Shown in pieces: positions 28,693 through 39,798 of a DNA stretch of 64,000 bases. The translations under genes and the position numbers were made by a program. The notes under the pieces are model-generated. The model ran no database searches. It was given only the letters and a program-made list of their open reading frames with translations, and was not told where the DNA came from. Within the stretch, counting starts at the first letter, position 1. Every line of letters begins with the position of its first letter. The stretch is from a bacterium (GTDB taxonomy: Bacteria > Electryoneota > Electryoneia > Electryoneales > Electryoneaceae), in contig OY769902.1 in assembly GCA_963669175.1 (NCBI GenBank), positions 1,984,001-2,048,000 of the forward strand. The letters run 5' to 3'.

Positions 28693-29643
28693 ATGATTTC
28701 CGGGTTGAGTCAGCAGATTAAAATCTTCACCGGTAGCGCACATCCTGAATTGGCGCGTTCTATCGCGAATTGTATTGGGATTCCGATGGGTGCGGCAGAA
28801 GTAGGGCGTTTTTCTGACGGTGAGATTTCGGTTAAAATCCATGAAAATATTCGTGGATGGGATGTTTTTATTGTCCAACCGACCTTTCCTCCAGGTGACA
28901 ACCTGCTGGAACTGTTAATCATGCTGGATGCGTGTCGCAGGGCTTCAGCCAAGCGGATAACGGCAGTGATTCCGTATTTCGGTTATGCACGGCAGGACCG
29001 GAAGGACGAATCACGTGTTCCCATTACCGCGAAGCTGGCAGCTAACCTGATCACAGCATCCGGTGCGGATCGTGTACTGACGATGGACTTACACAGTGCG
29101 CAGATCCAGGGCTTTTTTGATATTCCCCTGGATCACCTGTACGGTTCAGCGGTATTTGTACCGTACTTTCAGAAGAATCCGATCAAGGATCTTGTTGTGG
29201 TATCGCCGGATGTCGGCGGGATAAAACTGGCGCGGGCCTATTCGAACCGGCTGAGTGCGAACCTGGCTATCGTTGATAAGCGCAGAGTCAGGGCGAATGT
29301 AGCAAAAGCAATGAATGTGCTTGGGGATGTAGACGGGAAGAACGTGTTGCTGGTTGACGATATGGTTGACACGGCAGGGACGTTGTGTGAAGCAGCGCGT
29401 GCCTTGTCAGACCATGGTGCAGCGAAAGTAATGGCCGCAGCCGTTCATCCCATGTTAAGCGGGCCGGCATATGATTTACTGGATGCCAGTCCGATTGAAA
29501 AGTTGTTTGTAGCGGATACGATACCTCAAAAGGACGGCCGGGATGATCCGCCGTGGCTTGCGAGGTTAAGCATAACCGAGATCTTCGCGGATGCAATTCA
29601 ACGCATCTATCACGAAGAGTCCATCAGTAGTTTGTTTGTGTAA
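28693..29643 (+). CDS. prs: Ribose-phosphate pyrophosphokinase
   Basis: FSDGE, PYFGYARQDRK, DLHSAQIQGFF, VSPDVGG, VDDMVDTAGT. Confidence 0.98.
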   Translation: MISGLSQQIKIFTGSAHPELARSIANCIGIPMGAAEVGRFSDGEISVKIHENIRGWDVFIVQPTFPPGDNLLELLIMLDACRRASAKRITAVIPYFGYARQDRKDESRVPITAKLAANLITASGADRVLTMDLHSAQIQGFFDIPLDHLYGSAVFVPYFQKNPIKDLVVVSPDVGGIKLARAYSNRLSANLAIVDKRRVRANVAKAMNVLGDVDGKNVLLVDDMVDTAGTLCEAARALSDHGAAKVMAAAVHPMLSGPAYDLLDASPIEKLFVADTIPQKDGRDDPPWLARLSITEIFADAIQRIYHEESISSLFV

Positions 29644-29654
29644 CGAGGTAGATC

Positions 29655-30302
29655 GTGGCTGAGACAATTACCCTCACAGGCCAGCTCCGTGAGGAAAAAG
29701 GCAAAGGCGCCAACAGTAATCTGCGTAAAAGCGGTCTGGTACCAGGCGTTTTTTATAAGGGTGGTGAAGAAGCTGTTGCCCTGAAGTTCGATTCACGTGA
29801 AGTGCGTGCACTGCTCCAGAAGCGTCCGCCCCTTTTCCAGGTCAGTTGGGGCCAGGGCGAGGGTGAGACTTTTGAATGTGTATTGCGTGAAATCCAGTAT
29901 CATCCGGTATCTCGCCAGGTGGTCCACATGGATCTCATGGGTATCACTCGCGGTGTACAGATGGATGTCAATGTTCCTCTCCGCGTGGTGGGTGATCCCG
30001 CAGGCGTAAAAGAGGGTGGCGTTCTGAACGTATCCATGAATGATGTGGATATTCGCTGTTTGCCGAAAGACATTCCCGAAGTGGTAGAAGTGGATGTTTC
30101 CAACCTGGGCATTGGCGATTCTATTCATCTTGGGGATATTTCCCTTGAAGGCATCGAGTGGATTACCAATTCGGATCGTACTGTAGCTGCCGTGGTTGCA
30201 CCGCGTGTAGTGGCAGATGATGGTGCGGGCGAAGGTGACGAACTTGAAGAAGGCGCTGAAGCAGGCGCTGAAGCGGCGGAAGAAGGCGGGAGCGAGGAGT
30301 AA
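29655..30302 (+). CDS. rplY: 50S ribosomal protein L25/Ctc
   Basis: LRKSGLVPGVFY, EIQYHPV..HMD, GVKEGG; synteny prs-rplY-pth. Confidence 0.96.
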   Translation: MAETITLTGQLREEKGKGANSNLRKSGLVPGVFYKGGEEAVALKFDSREVRALLQKRPPLFQVSWGQGEGETFECVLREIQYHPVSRQVVHMDLMGITRGVQMDVNVPLRVVGDPAGVKEGGVLNVSMNDVDIRCLPKDIPEVVEVDVSNLGIGDSIHLGDISLEGIEWITNSDRTVAAVVAPRVVADDGAGEGDELEEGAEAGAEAAEEGGSEE

Positions 30303-30305
30303 TCC

Positions 30306-30989
30306 GTGTCTCGCCGGCTCGTAACAGGTTTGGGTAATCCGGGCCCGGAGTACGAGCACACATGGCACAACCTAGGTTTCCATGTGATCAGACGGCTGGC
30401 CGAGAAGCAACGTATCGGTCTGCACCGAAAAGGCGACTCGCTGGTTGGGCAGGGGACGATAGGCGGCAAGGAAGTTACCCTGCTCATGCCATTGACCTAT
30501 ATGAACCTGAGTGGGCATGAAGTAGCCCACTGGGCGAAAAAGCTGAACCTGCATGATGATGAGATTCTGGTCGTTTATGACGATCATGATCTCCCTCGTG
30601 GCTTGATGCGTCTACGGTCTTCGGGCGGTGATGGCGGTCATCGGGGCATGCGTTCTGTGCTGGCAGAAGTCGGCAGCAACGCCGTTCAGAGGTTTCGGCT
30701 GGGGATCCGTGACGAGAGTTTGGATCCCGAGGCCGGCGGGTACGAGGATTTAGCTGACAGGGTGCTACAGCCGTTGACTGCTTGTGAAGAAAAGCACGTG
30801 GAAACAATTGTCGAAGCAGCGGCTAAAGCGATACGGGACTGGGTCGACAAAGGAGCTGTGGAAGCCATGAATCGTCACAATAATCGGCGAATTCCCGCTC
30901 CGAAAACGGATCAGCAAATCAGTAAAGACAGAGAAAAAATTCACAAAGACAGTTCCGAGCACGGCAAAGGAAACGGGCGCAAGTCTTGA
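30306..30989 (+). CDS. pth: Peptidyl-tRNA hydrolase
   Basis: GLGNPG..Y..T.HNLGF, TYMNLSG, YDD.DLP.G, GGHRG. Confidence 0.95.
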   Translation: MSRRLVTGLGNPGPEYEHTWHNLGFHVIRRLAEKQRIGLHRKGDSLVGQGTIGGKEVTLLMPLTYMNLSGHEVAHWAKKLNLHDDEILVVYDDHDLPRGLMRLRSSGGDGGHRGMRSVLAEVGSNAVQRFRLGIRDESLDPEAGGYEDLADRVLQPLTACEEKHVETIVEAAAKAIRDWVDKGAVEAMNRHNNRRIPAPKTDQQISKDREKIHKDSSEHGKGNGRKS

Positions 30990-31101
30990 AATGGACAGCG
31001 CCCGACTCTGTTATAGCTGACACAAAACCAAAACAGATACAGAGATACATCTGGGCTAAGGGAGGCTCCCGCAGAAGCGGGACAAACCAGAGGAAGTGAG
31101 C

Positions 31102-33333
31102 ATGGATTTCTCGACGTTGTTGTACGCAGCGCCGGTTTTCGGTCTGCTCGCAGTGCTGTTTGCCTTCTTCAAAACCTCATGGGTTAAGAAGCAGGATCCA
31201 GGCGACGAGTACATGCAGGAAATCGGTGGCCACATTCAGGAAGGCGCGATGGCGTTCCTGGGCCGTGAGTACAAAGTGCTATCCATCTTTGTTGTGATTG
31301 TCGCCATTCTCCTGGCGGTGTCCAATGCAAAAACGGCGAACAGTTCGTGGTGGATCGGGCTGTCGTTCGTCGTAGGCGCCCTGTGCAGCGGCTTGTCGGG
31401 TTACCTCGGCATGCGTGTTGCCACAATGGCCAACATTCGTACAGCTTCAGCAGGACGTGACAGCCTGAACAAGGCGCTGGTCGTTGCGTTCTCCGGTGGT
31501 ACGGTCATGGGTATGAACGTCGTAGGTTTAGCGCTGCTCGGCCTTGGCCTGCTGTTCATGCTTTACATCAAGGGTGGTATTGCTGGTGACGCCCTGAACA
31601 GTGCGGATGATCTGGCACGGACCATTCAGATCCTGTCCGGTTTCTCGCTGGGCGCTTCTTCCATCGCGTTGTTCGCACGTGTTGGTGGCGGTATTTACAC
31701 CAAGGCTGCGGACGTTGGCGCGGACCTCGTGGGTAAAGTCGAAGCCGGTATTCCGGAAGACGACCCGCGCAACCCGGCAACCATCGCTGACAATGTTGGT
31801 GACAATGTCGGTGACGTAGCCGGTATGGGCGCTGACCTTTTCGAAAGTTTTGTCGGCTCCATCATCGGCGCCATGGTTATCGGCGCAAGCTACTGGATCT
31901 ACGCTGGCAAGGACGCCGCGCTTGGTCTGGTATTCATGCCGCTCATCATCGCCGGTGTCGGTGTGCTGATTTCAATTATTGGTACTTTCTTCGTTCGCAC
32001 GAAGGAAGGCGGCAACCCGCAGACAGCATTGAATGTCGGTACCTTCGGCGCCGCATTCCTGATGATCCCGATTACCTATTTCATCGTTGCCTGGCTGTTG
32101 CCGAATCCGCAGACCATCATTGACAGCATTTCCGGTCGTGAATACGAACTGACGGCAATGGGTATTTTCATTGCGACTATCGTCGGTTTGATCGCCGGTG
32201 TTGCTATCGGTATGCTGACAGAGTATTACACTGCCAAGGACAAGAAGCCGGTTCTCCAGATTGCCGAGCAGTCCCTGACCGGTCCGGCGACTAACATCAT
32301 CTCCGGTCTTGCCACGGGTATGTTCTCGACCGCATGGCCGCTGTTGGTTCTGTCCGTTGCCATCGTTCTGGCTTACATGTTTGCCAACCTTTACGGTATC
32401 GCTATTGCAGCGTTGGGCATGCTGTCCACCACAGGTATTCAGCTTGCAGTTGACGCTTACGGTCCGGTCGCTGACAATGCTGGTGGTATCGCCGAAATGG
32501 CGGAGCTTCCCCCGGAAGTCCGTGAACGCACTGACAACCTCGACGCCGTCGGTAACACCACAGCAGCCATCGGCAAGGGTTTTGCCATTGGTTCTGCCGC
32601 CTTGACCGCCCTGGCGTTGTTCTCCGCGTTTGTAACCGTTGTAAAGGCGAACAATCCCGGTGTTGACGTTTCCATCAACATCCTGAATCCGACAGTAATG
32701 GCCGGTATGTTTGTCGGCGGTATGCTGCCGTTCCTGTTCAGCTCCTTCGCGATGAATGCGGTTGGTAGCGCGGCCAAGGACATGATCGAAGAAGTTCGTC
32801 GTCAGTTTACCACGATTCCGGAACTGAAGGCTGCGCTTGCGATCATGAAGGTTCGCGAAAAAGAAGACTGGACCGATGAGGACAAGAAGGTCATCGACCA
32901 GGCACGTGGCAAAGCACAGTATGCCAAGTGTGTAGACATTTCTACTGCTGCCGCAATCAAGCGTATGATCACCCCGGGCCTCATTGCCGTGATCGTGCCG
33001 CCGCTGGTTGGTTTCCTGTTCGGCGCTGTCATGCTGGGTGGTGTGTTGGCCGGTGTGACTGTAACCGGTGTACTGATGGCTATCTTCATGGCCAACGCCG
33101 GTGGCGCGTGGGATAATGCTAAAAAGCAGATTGAAGGTGGTTTTACTGCCAATGATGGCGTGACCTATAAAAAGGGCAGCGAAGCGCACAAGGCCGCTGT
33201 CGTTGGTGATACCGTAGGCGACCCCTTTAAGGATACTGCCGGTCCGTCCCTGAACATCCTCATCAAGCTTATGAGTGTAGTGTCCCTGGTTATCAGCCCG
33301 CTGCTGACACTTGGCGGTCTGCTGAAGTTCTAG
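31102..33333 (+). CDS. hppA: Membrane ion-translocating pyrophosphatase (K+-dependent type, probably Na+-pumping)
   Basis: [30 protein letters not shown] (Ala variant), [10 protein letters not shown]. Confidence 0.96.
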   Translation: MDFSTLLYAAPVFGLLAVLFAFFKTSWVKKQDPGDEYMQEIGGHIQEGAMAFLGREYKVLSIFVVIVAILLAVSNAKTANSSWWIGLSFVVGALCSGLSGYLGMRVATMANIRTASAGRDSLNKALVVAFSGGTVMGMNVVGLALLGLGLLFMLYIKGGIAGDALNSADDLARTIQILSGFSLGASSIALFARVGGGIYTKAADVGADLVGKVEAGIPEDDPRNPATIADNVGDNVGDVAGMGADLFESFVGSIIGAMVIGASYWIYAGKDAALGLVFMPLIIAGVGVLISIIGTFFVRTKEGGNPQTALNVGTFGAAFLMIPITYFIVAWLLPNPQTIIDSISGREYELTAMGIFIATIVGLIAGVAIGMLTEYYTAKDKKPVLQIAEQSLTGPATNIISGLATGMFSTAWPLLVLSVAIVLAYMFANLYGIAIAALGMLSTTGIQLAVDAYGPVADNAGGIAEMAELPPEVRERTDNLDAVGNTTAAIGKGFAIGSAALTALALFSAFVTVVKANNPGVDVSINILNPTVMAGMFVGGMLPFLFSSFAMNAVGSAAKDMIEEVRRQFTTIPELKAALAIMKVREKEDWTDEDKKVIDQARGKAQYAKCVDISTAAAIKRMITPGLIAVIVPPLVGFLFGAVMLGGVLAGVTVTGVLMAIFMANAGGAWDNAKKQIEGGFTANDGVTYKKGSEAHKAAVVGDTVGDPFKDTAGPSLNILIKLMSVVSLVISPLLTLGGLLKF

Positions 33334-33357
33334 GACACTCTCACATATTCAGTTTCT

Positions 33358-33391
33358 GCGCCAGTTCGGTTAATCCGGGCTGGCGCTTTTT
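33358..33391 (+). terminator. Intrinsic terminator
   Basis: GCGCCAGTTCGG-loop-CCGGGCTGGCGC followed by TTTTT. Confidence 0.85.
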
Positions 33392-33562
33392 CCTTGTAGA
33401 AACTCATTGTTCTTCTTTTTCCGAATCTTCATTCGCAATACGTGTCTGTAACATAGTATATTTATCGGATTATCCAGTGATTTGCCTGCCTTGATTGACG
33501 TGATTGCTACATGTAAGCGAACATTGCAAAAAACAAAAGCAAGTCGAGAAACTGGTCAGAAG

Positions 33563-36382
33563 ATGCTGAATACTACTCTACTCACTGTTCCAGCGTTTAC
33601 CTTGAACGGAGCCGGGGACATTTTCGACAAGAATAATCTATTCATCGAGTTCGCCAGGTTATACCGCTTTCCCGCTTCAGACACACTCCATGACTTGCTC
33701 GCCGGGTACAAGATTGATGCAGGTGAGGACTTCGATACAGTTAATACCTGGATTAACCTGATATTTCAGAATGAAGAATCTTTGCCTGAACTGGTATTAC
33801 ATCCTGTGTCTGAACAGGAACAAGATGTAAATACCGTTGCCATGAATACGCTTCGCCTTCGTGTACTCTGTAGAGATGGCGCCAAGGCAATGATTGAGGC
33901 TATTTCGAATTCAGCTTTGACGTCAAATCTGCTGCTTTCCAGGAATCTATATGATATCTATAAGACAGTATTTGCCAGGAATACATCTCCGATGATGTTT
34001 ACGGATGCGACCGGGATTATTGGGGATGTCAATGAAAGCGCTTTATCCCTGCTGAATCTTTCCAGAAAAGATATCGTCGGACATTCTTTATCCGAATTGG
34101 ACATATTTACTCTTTCCGAAAGACCTTCACTCCTGCTGAACCTGACCAGGGCGCTTGATGGTACCCCCACAGAACAGAGCCTGAAGATTGATTCCGGGCA
34201 GGGAGTGTTTAAGCCTGTTGCCTGCAATATGACGCCGCTAATCATCAAACAAGTAGTCAAGGGCGTAATGATATCCTGCAGTAATATCAGTTCGCAGGAA
34301 CGGATCCAGGAGGCGTTGCGCGAGAGCGAAGAGCGTTTCCAGGTGGTTGTTGACAATGTACATGAGGGGATCATTGTATTTGATCACAAGTATCGCGCGA
34401 CTTACGTAAACTCTGCGATGGTAAACATTTTCGGTACGACCAGGGAAGATATTCTGGGGCAGGATTTCCGGATGCTGTTGCCTGAGGGTAGTTGGCGGCA
34501 GATCCAGAACGCAGGCGCGCCAGGTGACAGTACACTCAAACCGGCCCGAAAGTATGAAAGTGATATTGTCCGAAAGAACGGCACCAAAAGGCGCGTGGAG
34601 ATTACTTCGTCCCTGATGCTGGATTCGAAAGGACAAATTCTTACCATTGCGGAGTTTTTTGATATTACCGAACGGGTTCGCGCTGAGAACAGGATAAAAA
34701 GACGGCTGTACATTGAAGAGGCGATTGCTGAAATTTCACGTCTATTCATCACTGCGGACGAACCGGACTATGTGAAACTGGTTACCCTGGTCCGTTCATC
34801 TTTTGAATCGGATTCGATAGCTCTCCTCCAGATTGACCGCGAAAAAAGCGCTGTAAATCTTGTCATTCACCAGGGAAGTGATAGCAGGCAGGTAAATGAC
34901 GATGAGGACTACACGTTCTATACCAGTGGCACCTCGCTTTGGTTTGAACGTCTTCTGCGTGGCGAGAACCTTGTTTTAACCCCTTCTGAAATTCGAGGTT
35001 CACAAAACCTCTGTCAGTTTGAGAAGCTTTTCCCGGTTGATTACCAGTCAGTGGTTGTTATTCCTGTCCTGGAAAACGCGCTTTCGCTTGAAGGTTATAT
35101 TTTGATTGCGGGTTCGTTGGACGACCGTAATTGGGGACGTGAGGATCTGAGTGCGTTGCGTGTTATTGCGGACATGGTAGGAAAGCACTGGGGCCGCATT
35201 CGCACAGCGCAAAAACTCAGGCGGACAGAAGATCAACTCAATCAGTCGATGAAGATGCAGGCGCTGGGACAGTTGGCAGGTGGTGTTGCACACGATTTCA
35301 ATAATCTGCTTACGGTTATTACCGGTCAATCCGATCTTGCGATGATGATACTGGATGATGATAACCCGGTTAAAAAGAAAATCAGCGACATTCAGCAATC
35401 TGCTATTCGCGGCGCGAACCTGACTCGTCAACTGCTTGCCTTCAGCCGAACACAAGTGCTGGATGCAGGTCGGGTAGATCTGAATGAAATTATCCGCAAC
35501 CTGCTGACCATGTTGAAGAGATTGATCGGTGAACATATACAGCTGGAGACGGATCTTGAAGAACACCTGCACCCGGTCCGTGCCAATATAGGGCAGGTAG
35601 AGCAGGTTATTATCAACCTTGTGATCAACGCGCGCGACGCGATGACAAAAGGGGGAATGATTTCCATTAAAACAAAGAATATCCAACTTGATGAAAAAAG
35701 CATCGAAGCGAACCCGGATATTGTACAGGAGGACTATATTCAGCTTGTGGTACAGGATACAGGCACTGGCATCAAGCAGGACATCCTGAACAAGATATTC
35801 GATCCCTTTTTCACGACCAAGTCGCACGGTAAGGGAACCGGTCTGGGACTGTCTACCGTGTATGGTATTGTGCGACAGGCGGATGGCTACATTGATATTC
35901 AGACCGAGATAGACCGTGGCACTGTGTTCAGTGTCTATTTACCGATGGACCTGGTGGAAGATGCGATTGAGCAGGTCAAAGTAACCGAAGTTGAATCGCT
36001 TTACGGTCAGGAATCCATTATCGTGGTTGAAGATGAGGCCGATGTTCGCGAAATGGCAGTGCAGGTGCTGGAGTTGTACGGGTACAATGTAATTGAAGCA
36101 GAGGATGGGTTGGATGCTTTGAAGAAATGTATCGGCAACAAGCAGGAGGTGGACCTGGTTGTTACGGACATGGTCATGCCAAACATGGGAGGCATTGATC
36201 TTGTTCAGCGACTACGTGAAATATGGCCAGATTTGAGAGTACTTTTAATGTCAGGGTATCCTACGGACGTTATTGAGCATGAAGTGAAGCTGGATGAGAA
36301 AACTTCTTTCCTTCAGAAGCCCTACAGGGCAGAGGAACTGGTCCAAAGTGTCCGTGAAATACTGAATGTCATCAATGAGTAG
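33563..36382 (+). CDS. Hybrid sensor kinase (2x PAS, GAF, HisKA, HATPase, REC)
   Basis: AGGVAHDFNNLL, NARDAM, FFTTK..GKGTGLGL, C-terminal VEDE/TDMVMP/KP; start uncertain (ORF open from 33482). Confidence 0.93.
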   Translation: MLNTTLLTVPAFTLNGAGDIFDKNNLFIEFARLYRFPASDTLHDLLAGYKIDAGEDFDTVNTWINLIFQNEESLPELVLHPVSEQEQDVNTVAMNTLRLRVLCRDGAKAMIEAISNSALTSNLLLSRNLYDIYKTVFARNTSPMMFTDATGIIGDVNESALSLLNLSRKDIVGHSLSELDIFTLSERPSLLLNLTRALDGTPTEQSLKIDSGQGVFKPVACNMTPLIIKQVVKGVMISCSNISSQERIQEALRESEERFQVVVDNVHEGIIVFDHKYRATYVNSAMVNIFGTTREDILGQDFRMLLPEGSWRQIQNAGAPGDSTLKPARKYESDIVRKNGTKRRVEITSSLMLDSKGQILTIAEFFDITERVRAENRIKRRLYIEEAIAEISRLFITADEPDYVKLVTLVRSSFESDSIALLQIDREKSAVNLVIHQGSDSRQVNDDEDYTFYTSGTSLWFERLLRGENLVLTPSEIRGSQNLCQFEKLFPVDYQSVVVIPVLENALSLEGYILIAGSLDDRNWGREDLSALRVIADMVGKHWGRIRTAQKLRRTEDQLNQSMKMQALGQLAGGVAHDFNNLLTVITGQSDLAMMILDDDNPVKKKISDIQQSAIRGANLTRQLLAFSRTQVLDAGRVDLNEIIRNLLTMLKRLIGEHIQLETDLEEHLHPVRANIGQVEQVIINLVINARDAMTKGGMISIKTKNIQLDEKSIEANPDIVQEDYIQLVVQDTGTGIKQDILNKIFDPFFTTKSHGKGTGLGLSTVYGIVRQADGYIDIQTEIDRGTVFSVYLPMDLVEDAIEQVKVTEVESLYGQESIIVVEDEADVREMAVQVLELYGYNVIEAEDGLDALKKCIGNKQEVDLVVTDMVMPNMGGIDLVQRLREIWPDLRVLLMSGYPTDVIEHEVKLDEKTSFLQKPYRAEELVQSVREILNVINE

Positions 36383-36417
36383 GTTTCCAGGGGTGGTAGG
36401 AACGGAGTAAAAGAGTT

Positions 36418-37602
36418 TTGCAGATTACAACAGTAGAACAGCTTGAACCAGGCGCCATGCTGGGCAAGTCCCTTTTCAACAACCGGGGTGAGTTGCTGCT
36501 TGCTGCCGGGTATGAAATCGACCGGGAGATGATCGGTTCGCTTAAACGTGCCCAGATCAACTATGTGTTTACGGTAGATGAGCTGAACGCCGGAATCGAG
36601 CCGCAAGAAACAATCTGTGAGGTTATTCGACAGGCTACCACACAAAAGCTGGTCGAATCTTTCGATAATATTCGTGACAATGATCCTCTGAAAAACCTGT
36701 CCGTTGCCAACCTGAAAGACCGTCTGGAAAATGATTCCAAGCTGAAAAACCTGATTGTTGCTCCGAAAATGAAACAGGCCGTGAGCGATATTCTAGAAGA
36801 ACTCTTTGCCAATCATATAAGCAAGTTCACCGCTTTTCCCGCAGCAGCTCAATCCAAGGCGGACCATGATCATGCGATGGATGTGAGCCTGCTCAGCCTG
36901 CTGATCGCCCAGCATTTTTACTACGACAAGAAAGAACTGCGCTCGCTTGGAGTGGCGGCATTGGTCCATGATGTGGGGAAACTTGTTGCGCAGGGCCGAC
37001 TGGAAGCGGCGGATTTTGAAGAACTGTCAGAACGAGATCAGATGGTTCTGCGTGAACATCCCGTAATTTCCATGCTGATTCTGAAAGGCAGCGATCCTGA
37101 AGCGTTTTCGGAACAGGCGACTGTAATCCAGCATCACGAACTGGCCAATGGGACCGGGTATCCGCAGGCCTTGCGCGGTTGTGGGCAACCACCGAAAAAA
37201 GACCGGCAAAGGAAGCAGGGGATTATCTTTCGACACGCAGAAATTCTCGCGGTTGCAAATTACTATGACAACCTCATCAGTGGCGCTATTGATGGCATCC
37301 AGTATCCCTCAGCCAGGGCGATTGCACGTATTATTGATGAAGCCGGGACGTTGTGGAATCCGTATGTCGCTCGTGTGCTGCCGAAAGTGATCCAGAGCTT
37401 CCCGGCAGGTGTGACTGTGAAAATCGCGAACAATTCGACCGGTATCTTTGCCGGGTACCGTGGTATTATTTCCAAAGCAAACGAAGAAGATCCCACCAAA
37501 CCGCAGATTGTCCTCACCCATAATCCCAACGGTCAACCGATCAAACCGGAGATGATCGACTTCAGTTTCGAACGGTATATGGAGCTGGAAGTGGTTCTCT
37601 GA
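36418..37602 (+). CDS. HD-GYP domain protein (possibly degenerate c-di-GMP phosphodiesterase)
   Basis: HDVGK, EHP, HHE..NGTGYP motifs; SD GGAG with TTG start. Confidence 0.85.
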   Translation: MQITTVEQLEPGAMLGKSLFNNRGELLLAAGYEIDREMIGSLKRAQINYVFTVDELNAGIEPQETICEVIRQATTQKLVESFDNIRDNDPLKNLSVANLKDRLENDSKLKNLIVAPKMKQAVSDILEELFANHISKFTAFPAAAQSKADHDHAMDVSLLSLLIAQHFYYDKKELRSLGVAALVHDVGKLVAQGRLEAADFEELSERDQMVLREHPVISMLILKGSDPEAFSEQATVIQHHELANGTGYPQALRGCGQPPKKDRQRKQGIIFRHAEILAVANYYDNLISGAIDGIQYPSARAIARIIDEAGTLWNPYVARVLPKVIQSFPAGVTVKIANNSTGIFAGYRGIISKANEEDPTKPQIVLTHNPNGQPIKPEMIDFSFERYMELEVVL

Positions 37603-37719
37603 AGTTGGAAAGTTGGAAAGTTCTAAAGTTATTGGTTTTCTTTATCGAAGTGAAAAAAGTAGTCAGTGAAAAAAGTGAAAAAGGACTACACCGAAGTAAA
37701 TAAAGTAGTCAGTGAAAAA
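37600..37719 (+). repeat. Short tandem 8-mer repeats (AAAGTTnn) and an 18-bp direct repeat
   Basis: gaagttg gaaagttg gaaagttc taaagtta; AAAGTAGTCAGTGAAAAA at 37656 and 37702. Confidence 0.7.
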
Positions 37720-37731
37720 GGACCAAAAGTT

Positions 37732-37837
37732 GGGTGGCCCGATTTTGCCCTGTGATGATGTTGATACCAATGTTGCGCTTGATCCTGAAACAGAGCTTCT
37801 TATCGCACCGGAATCCTGTGGGCAAAGTCGGGATTAT
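37732..37837 (+). repeat. Long-loop inverted repeat element family D, copy 1 (106 bp)
   Basis: GGGTGGCCCGATTTTGCCC...GGGCAAAGTCGGGATTAT; aligns without gaps to 50053-50158 (-). Confidence 0.85.
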
Positions 37838-37867
37838 GATTGAGGCTACAATGAAAAGAAGACTGGG

Positions 37868-39793
37868 TCATTCCCGTCCGAACATCCTGTGCAGGTCGTG
37901 CAGTGAGAGGTTGACCACGACCGGACGTCCATGCGGGCAGACAAACGGGTATTGCGTCTGGAACAGCTCGTCGATCAGGGCGTTCATCTCTTCGAGGTTC
38001 AGTGGATCACCGGCTTTGATCGCCGCCTTGCAGGCGAAGGTCGCAGCGAGACGTTCTTCCGGCGCCATTTTAACCTCGTGGCTGGCCTGATAATCGGCCA
38101 GGATCTCACGCAGCAAGCGTTCTTCACCCTTGATACGGACACCCGTAGGAAGGCTTTTAATCGCCCAATCGTTCCCGCCCACATTCTCCACTTCCAATCC
38201 CATCGTCAGCAGTTTATCCGCCAGATCCTCCAGTAGGTCCGAATCAACGGGATTCAGTTGCACCACGACCGGGAAAAGAAGCTGTTGTCCGCTCCAGGGA
38301 CGATCTTTCATTGATGCAATGGCACGTTCGAACAGGATACGTTCATGCGCCACATGCTGATCAATGATCACCAACCCACTCTTCACTTGGGACAGGATAT
38401 AGGTGTTATGAATCTGCCAGACACGGGTACGTTCCACACTGCCACCGGAGGAGGCGGACGCTTGCGTTGGCTGGGGCGAAGCTGACTGGGATCCAGGTTG
38501 TGCCGGAGTTTCCGGTTGCGAAGTAGCGGCTGTATCATACGCTGGCGCAGAAATAGGAGCGGCACTATGTGCAGATGGAGTCGGGCATGAATCATGGTAT
38601 GGTTCCGGGATGGCCGATGAGGGCTGACGTTGTACGGGTGGCAGTCCGAACATCAGTTCCAGTTCCTGGATACCGTCCATCTGCCTGCTGTGCGGGAGTG
38701 GAGCCGGAGCGCCAAGGCGTCGCCCACTGGCCGCGGGCGCTTGTACCGGGGCGCCGCCATCACGGACAGACAGCCCCAACGCCTCACGTACTGCTGTCTT
38801 GACCGCGACAAAAGCCAGGCTGTCATCACGAAAGCGGACTTCATGCTTTGCCGGGTGGACGTTGACATCAAACTCTTCCGGGTCCAAACGCAGAAACAAC
38901 ACAAAAAACGGATGCTGGCCGGGCTGAATCAGGGGGCCGAATCCGGTGGTGACAGCATAGGATAGCGAGGAATGCTGGAACGGCCGACGGTTCACATAGA
39001 GGAACTGGTCCGCGCTGGCTTTCGAATTCTTGAACAGTCCACTCCCTCCGATGATGCCGGAAACGGCAATATCGCCGACCCGACGCTCCACCTTGTGTAA
39101 CTCGCCACGATGCTTCTCGCCAAACAGGTCAATGATACGGTCGGTCAGATCGTTCGGTTGCAGATCCTTTTCCACCTTGTCATCTTTTTCCAGAGTCCAG
39201 TGAAGTTCCGGATAGGCGATGGCATAGCTGATGAAAATCTTGTAAATGCGGGCATATTCGGTGCGTGGCGCGCGAAGGAACTTCCGTCGAGCAGGCACAT
39301 TGTAAAACAGGCTGCGGACTTTTACCGTGGTCCCGCGTTCACGAGCCGCCGGTTCCGGTCCCTTGGGATGGCCGCCATCGACACGGTAGAGGTGGGCGGT
39401 ATCACGGTCATCGCGTTTACTGACAATCTCCACCCGCGCCACACTGGCGACAGATGGCAACGCTTCACCTCGAAAACCAAGGTGAGTGATCCGGTTCAGA
39501 TCGTTGGCGTCTTTGATTTTGGACGTGGCATGCCGTCGCAGGGCAAGTTGCAGGTCTTCCTGGTCCATGCCCCAGCCGTCATCCGATACAAGGATCTCAT
39601 CAAGCCCGGCGTTCTTCACGCTGACAGTAATATGTGTAGCTTCCGCATCGAGGGCGTTTTCCACCAGTTCTTTCACGACCGAGGCGGGACGTTCCACGAC
39701 TTCACCGGCTGCGATACGGTTTGCGACTCCTTCCGGAAGCACCTGTATGGACTTGGTCGGAAGCAGGGGGGCTGAGTTGGCTGGAGTAGGCAT
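37868..39793 (-). CDS. mutL: DNA mismatch repair endonuclease MutL
   Basis: IAAGEVVERPASVVKELVENALDA, GFRGEAL, DQHVAHER, CKAA, CPHGRP. Confidence 0.98.
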   Translation of the reverse strand: MPTPANSAPLLPTKSIQVLPEGVANRIAAGEVVERPASVVKELVENALDAEATHITVSVKNAGLDEILVSDDGWGMDQEDLQLALRRHATSKIKDANDLNRITHLGFRGEALPSVASVARVEIVSKRDDRDTAHLYRVDGGHPKGPEPAARERGTTVKVRSLFYNVPARRKFLRAPRTEYARIYKIFISYAIAYPELHWTLEKDDKVEKDLQPNDLTDRIIDLFGEKHRGELHKVERRVGDIAVSGIIGGSGLFKNSKASADQFLYVNRRPFQHSSLSYAVTTGFGPLIQPGQHPFFVLFLRLDPEEFDVNVHPAKHEVRFRDDSLAFVAVKTAVREALGLSVRDGGAPVQAPAASGRRLGAPAPLPHSRQMDGIQELELMFGLPPVQRQPSSAIPEPYHDSCPTPSAHSAAPISAPAYDTAATSQPETPAQPGSQSASPQPTQASASSGGSVERTRVWQIHNTYILSQVKSGLVIIDQHVAHERILFERAIASMKDRPWSGQQLLFPVVVQLNPVDSDLLEDLADKLLTMGLEVENVGGNDWAIKSLPTGVRIKGEERLLREILADYQASHEVKMAPEERLAATFACKAAIKAGDPLNLEEMNALIDELFQTQYPFVCPHGRPVVVNLSLHDLHRMFGRE

Positions 39794-39798
39794 AACTT

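Noticed and set aside
30990-31101. Na+ or other riboswitch upstream of hppA
   Set aside because: Only a small hairpin; no recognisable aptamer consensus
31972-33189. 405-aa antisense ORF (also 10305-11144, 17175-17891, 35048-35827)
   Set aside because: Shadow ORFs opposite well-conserved genes
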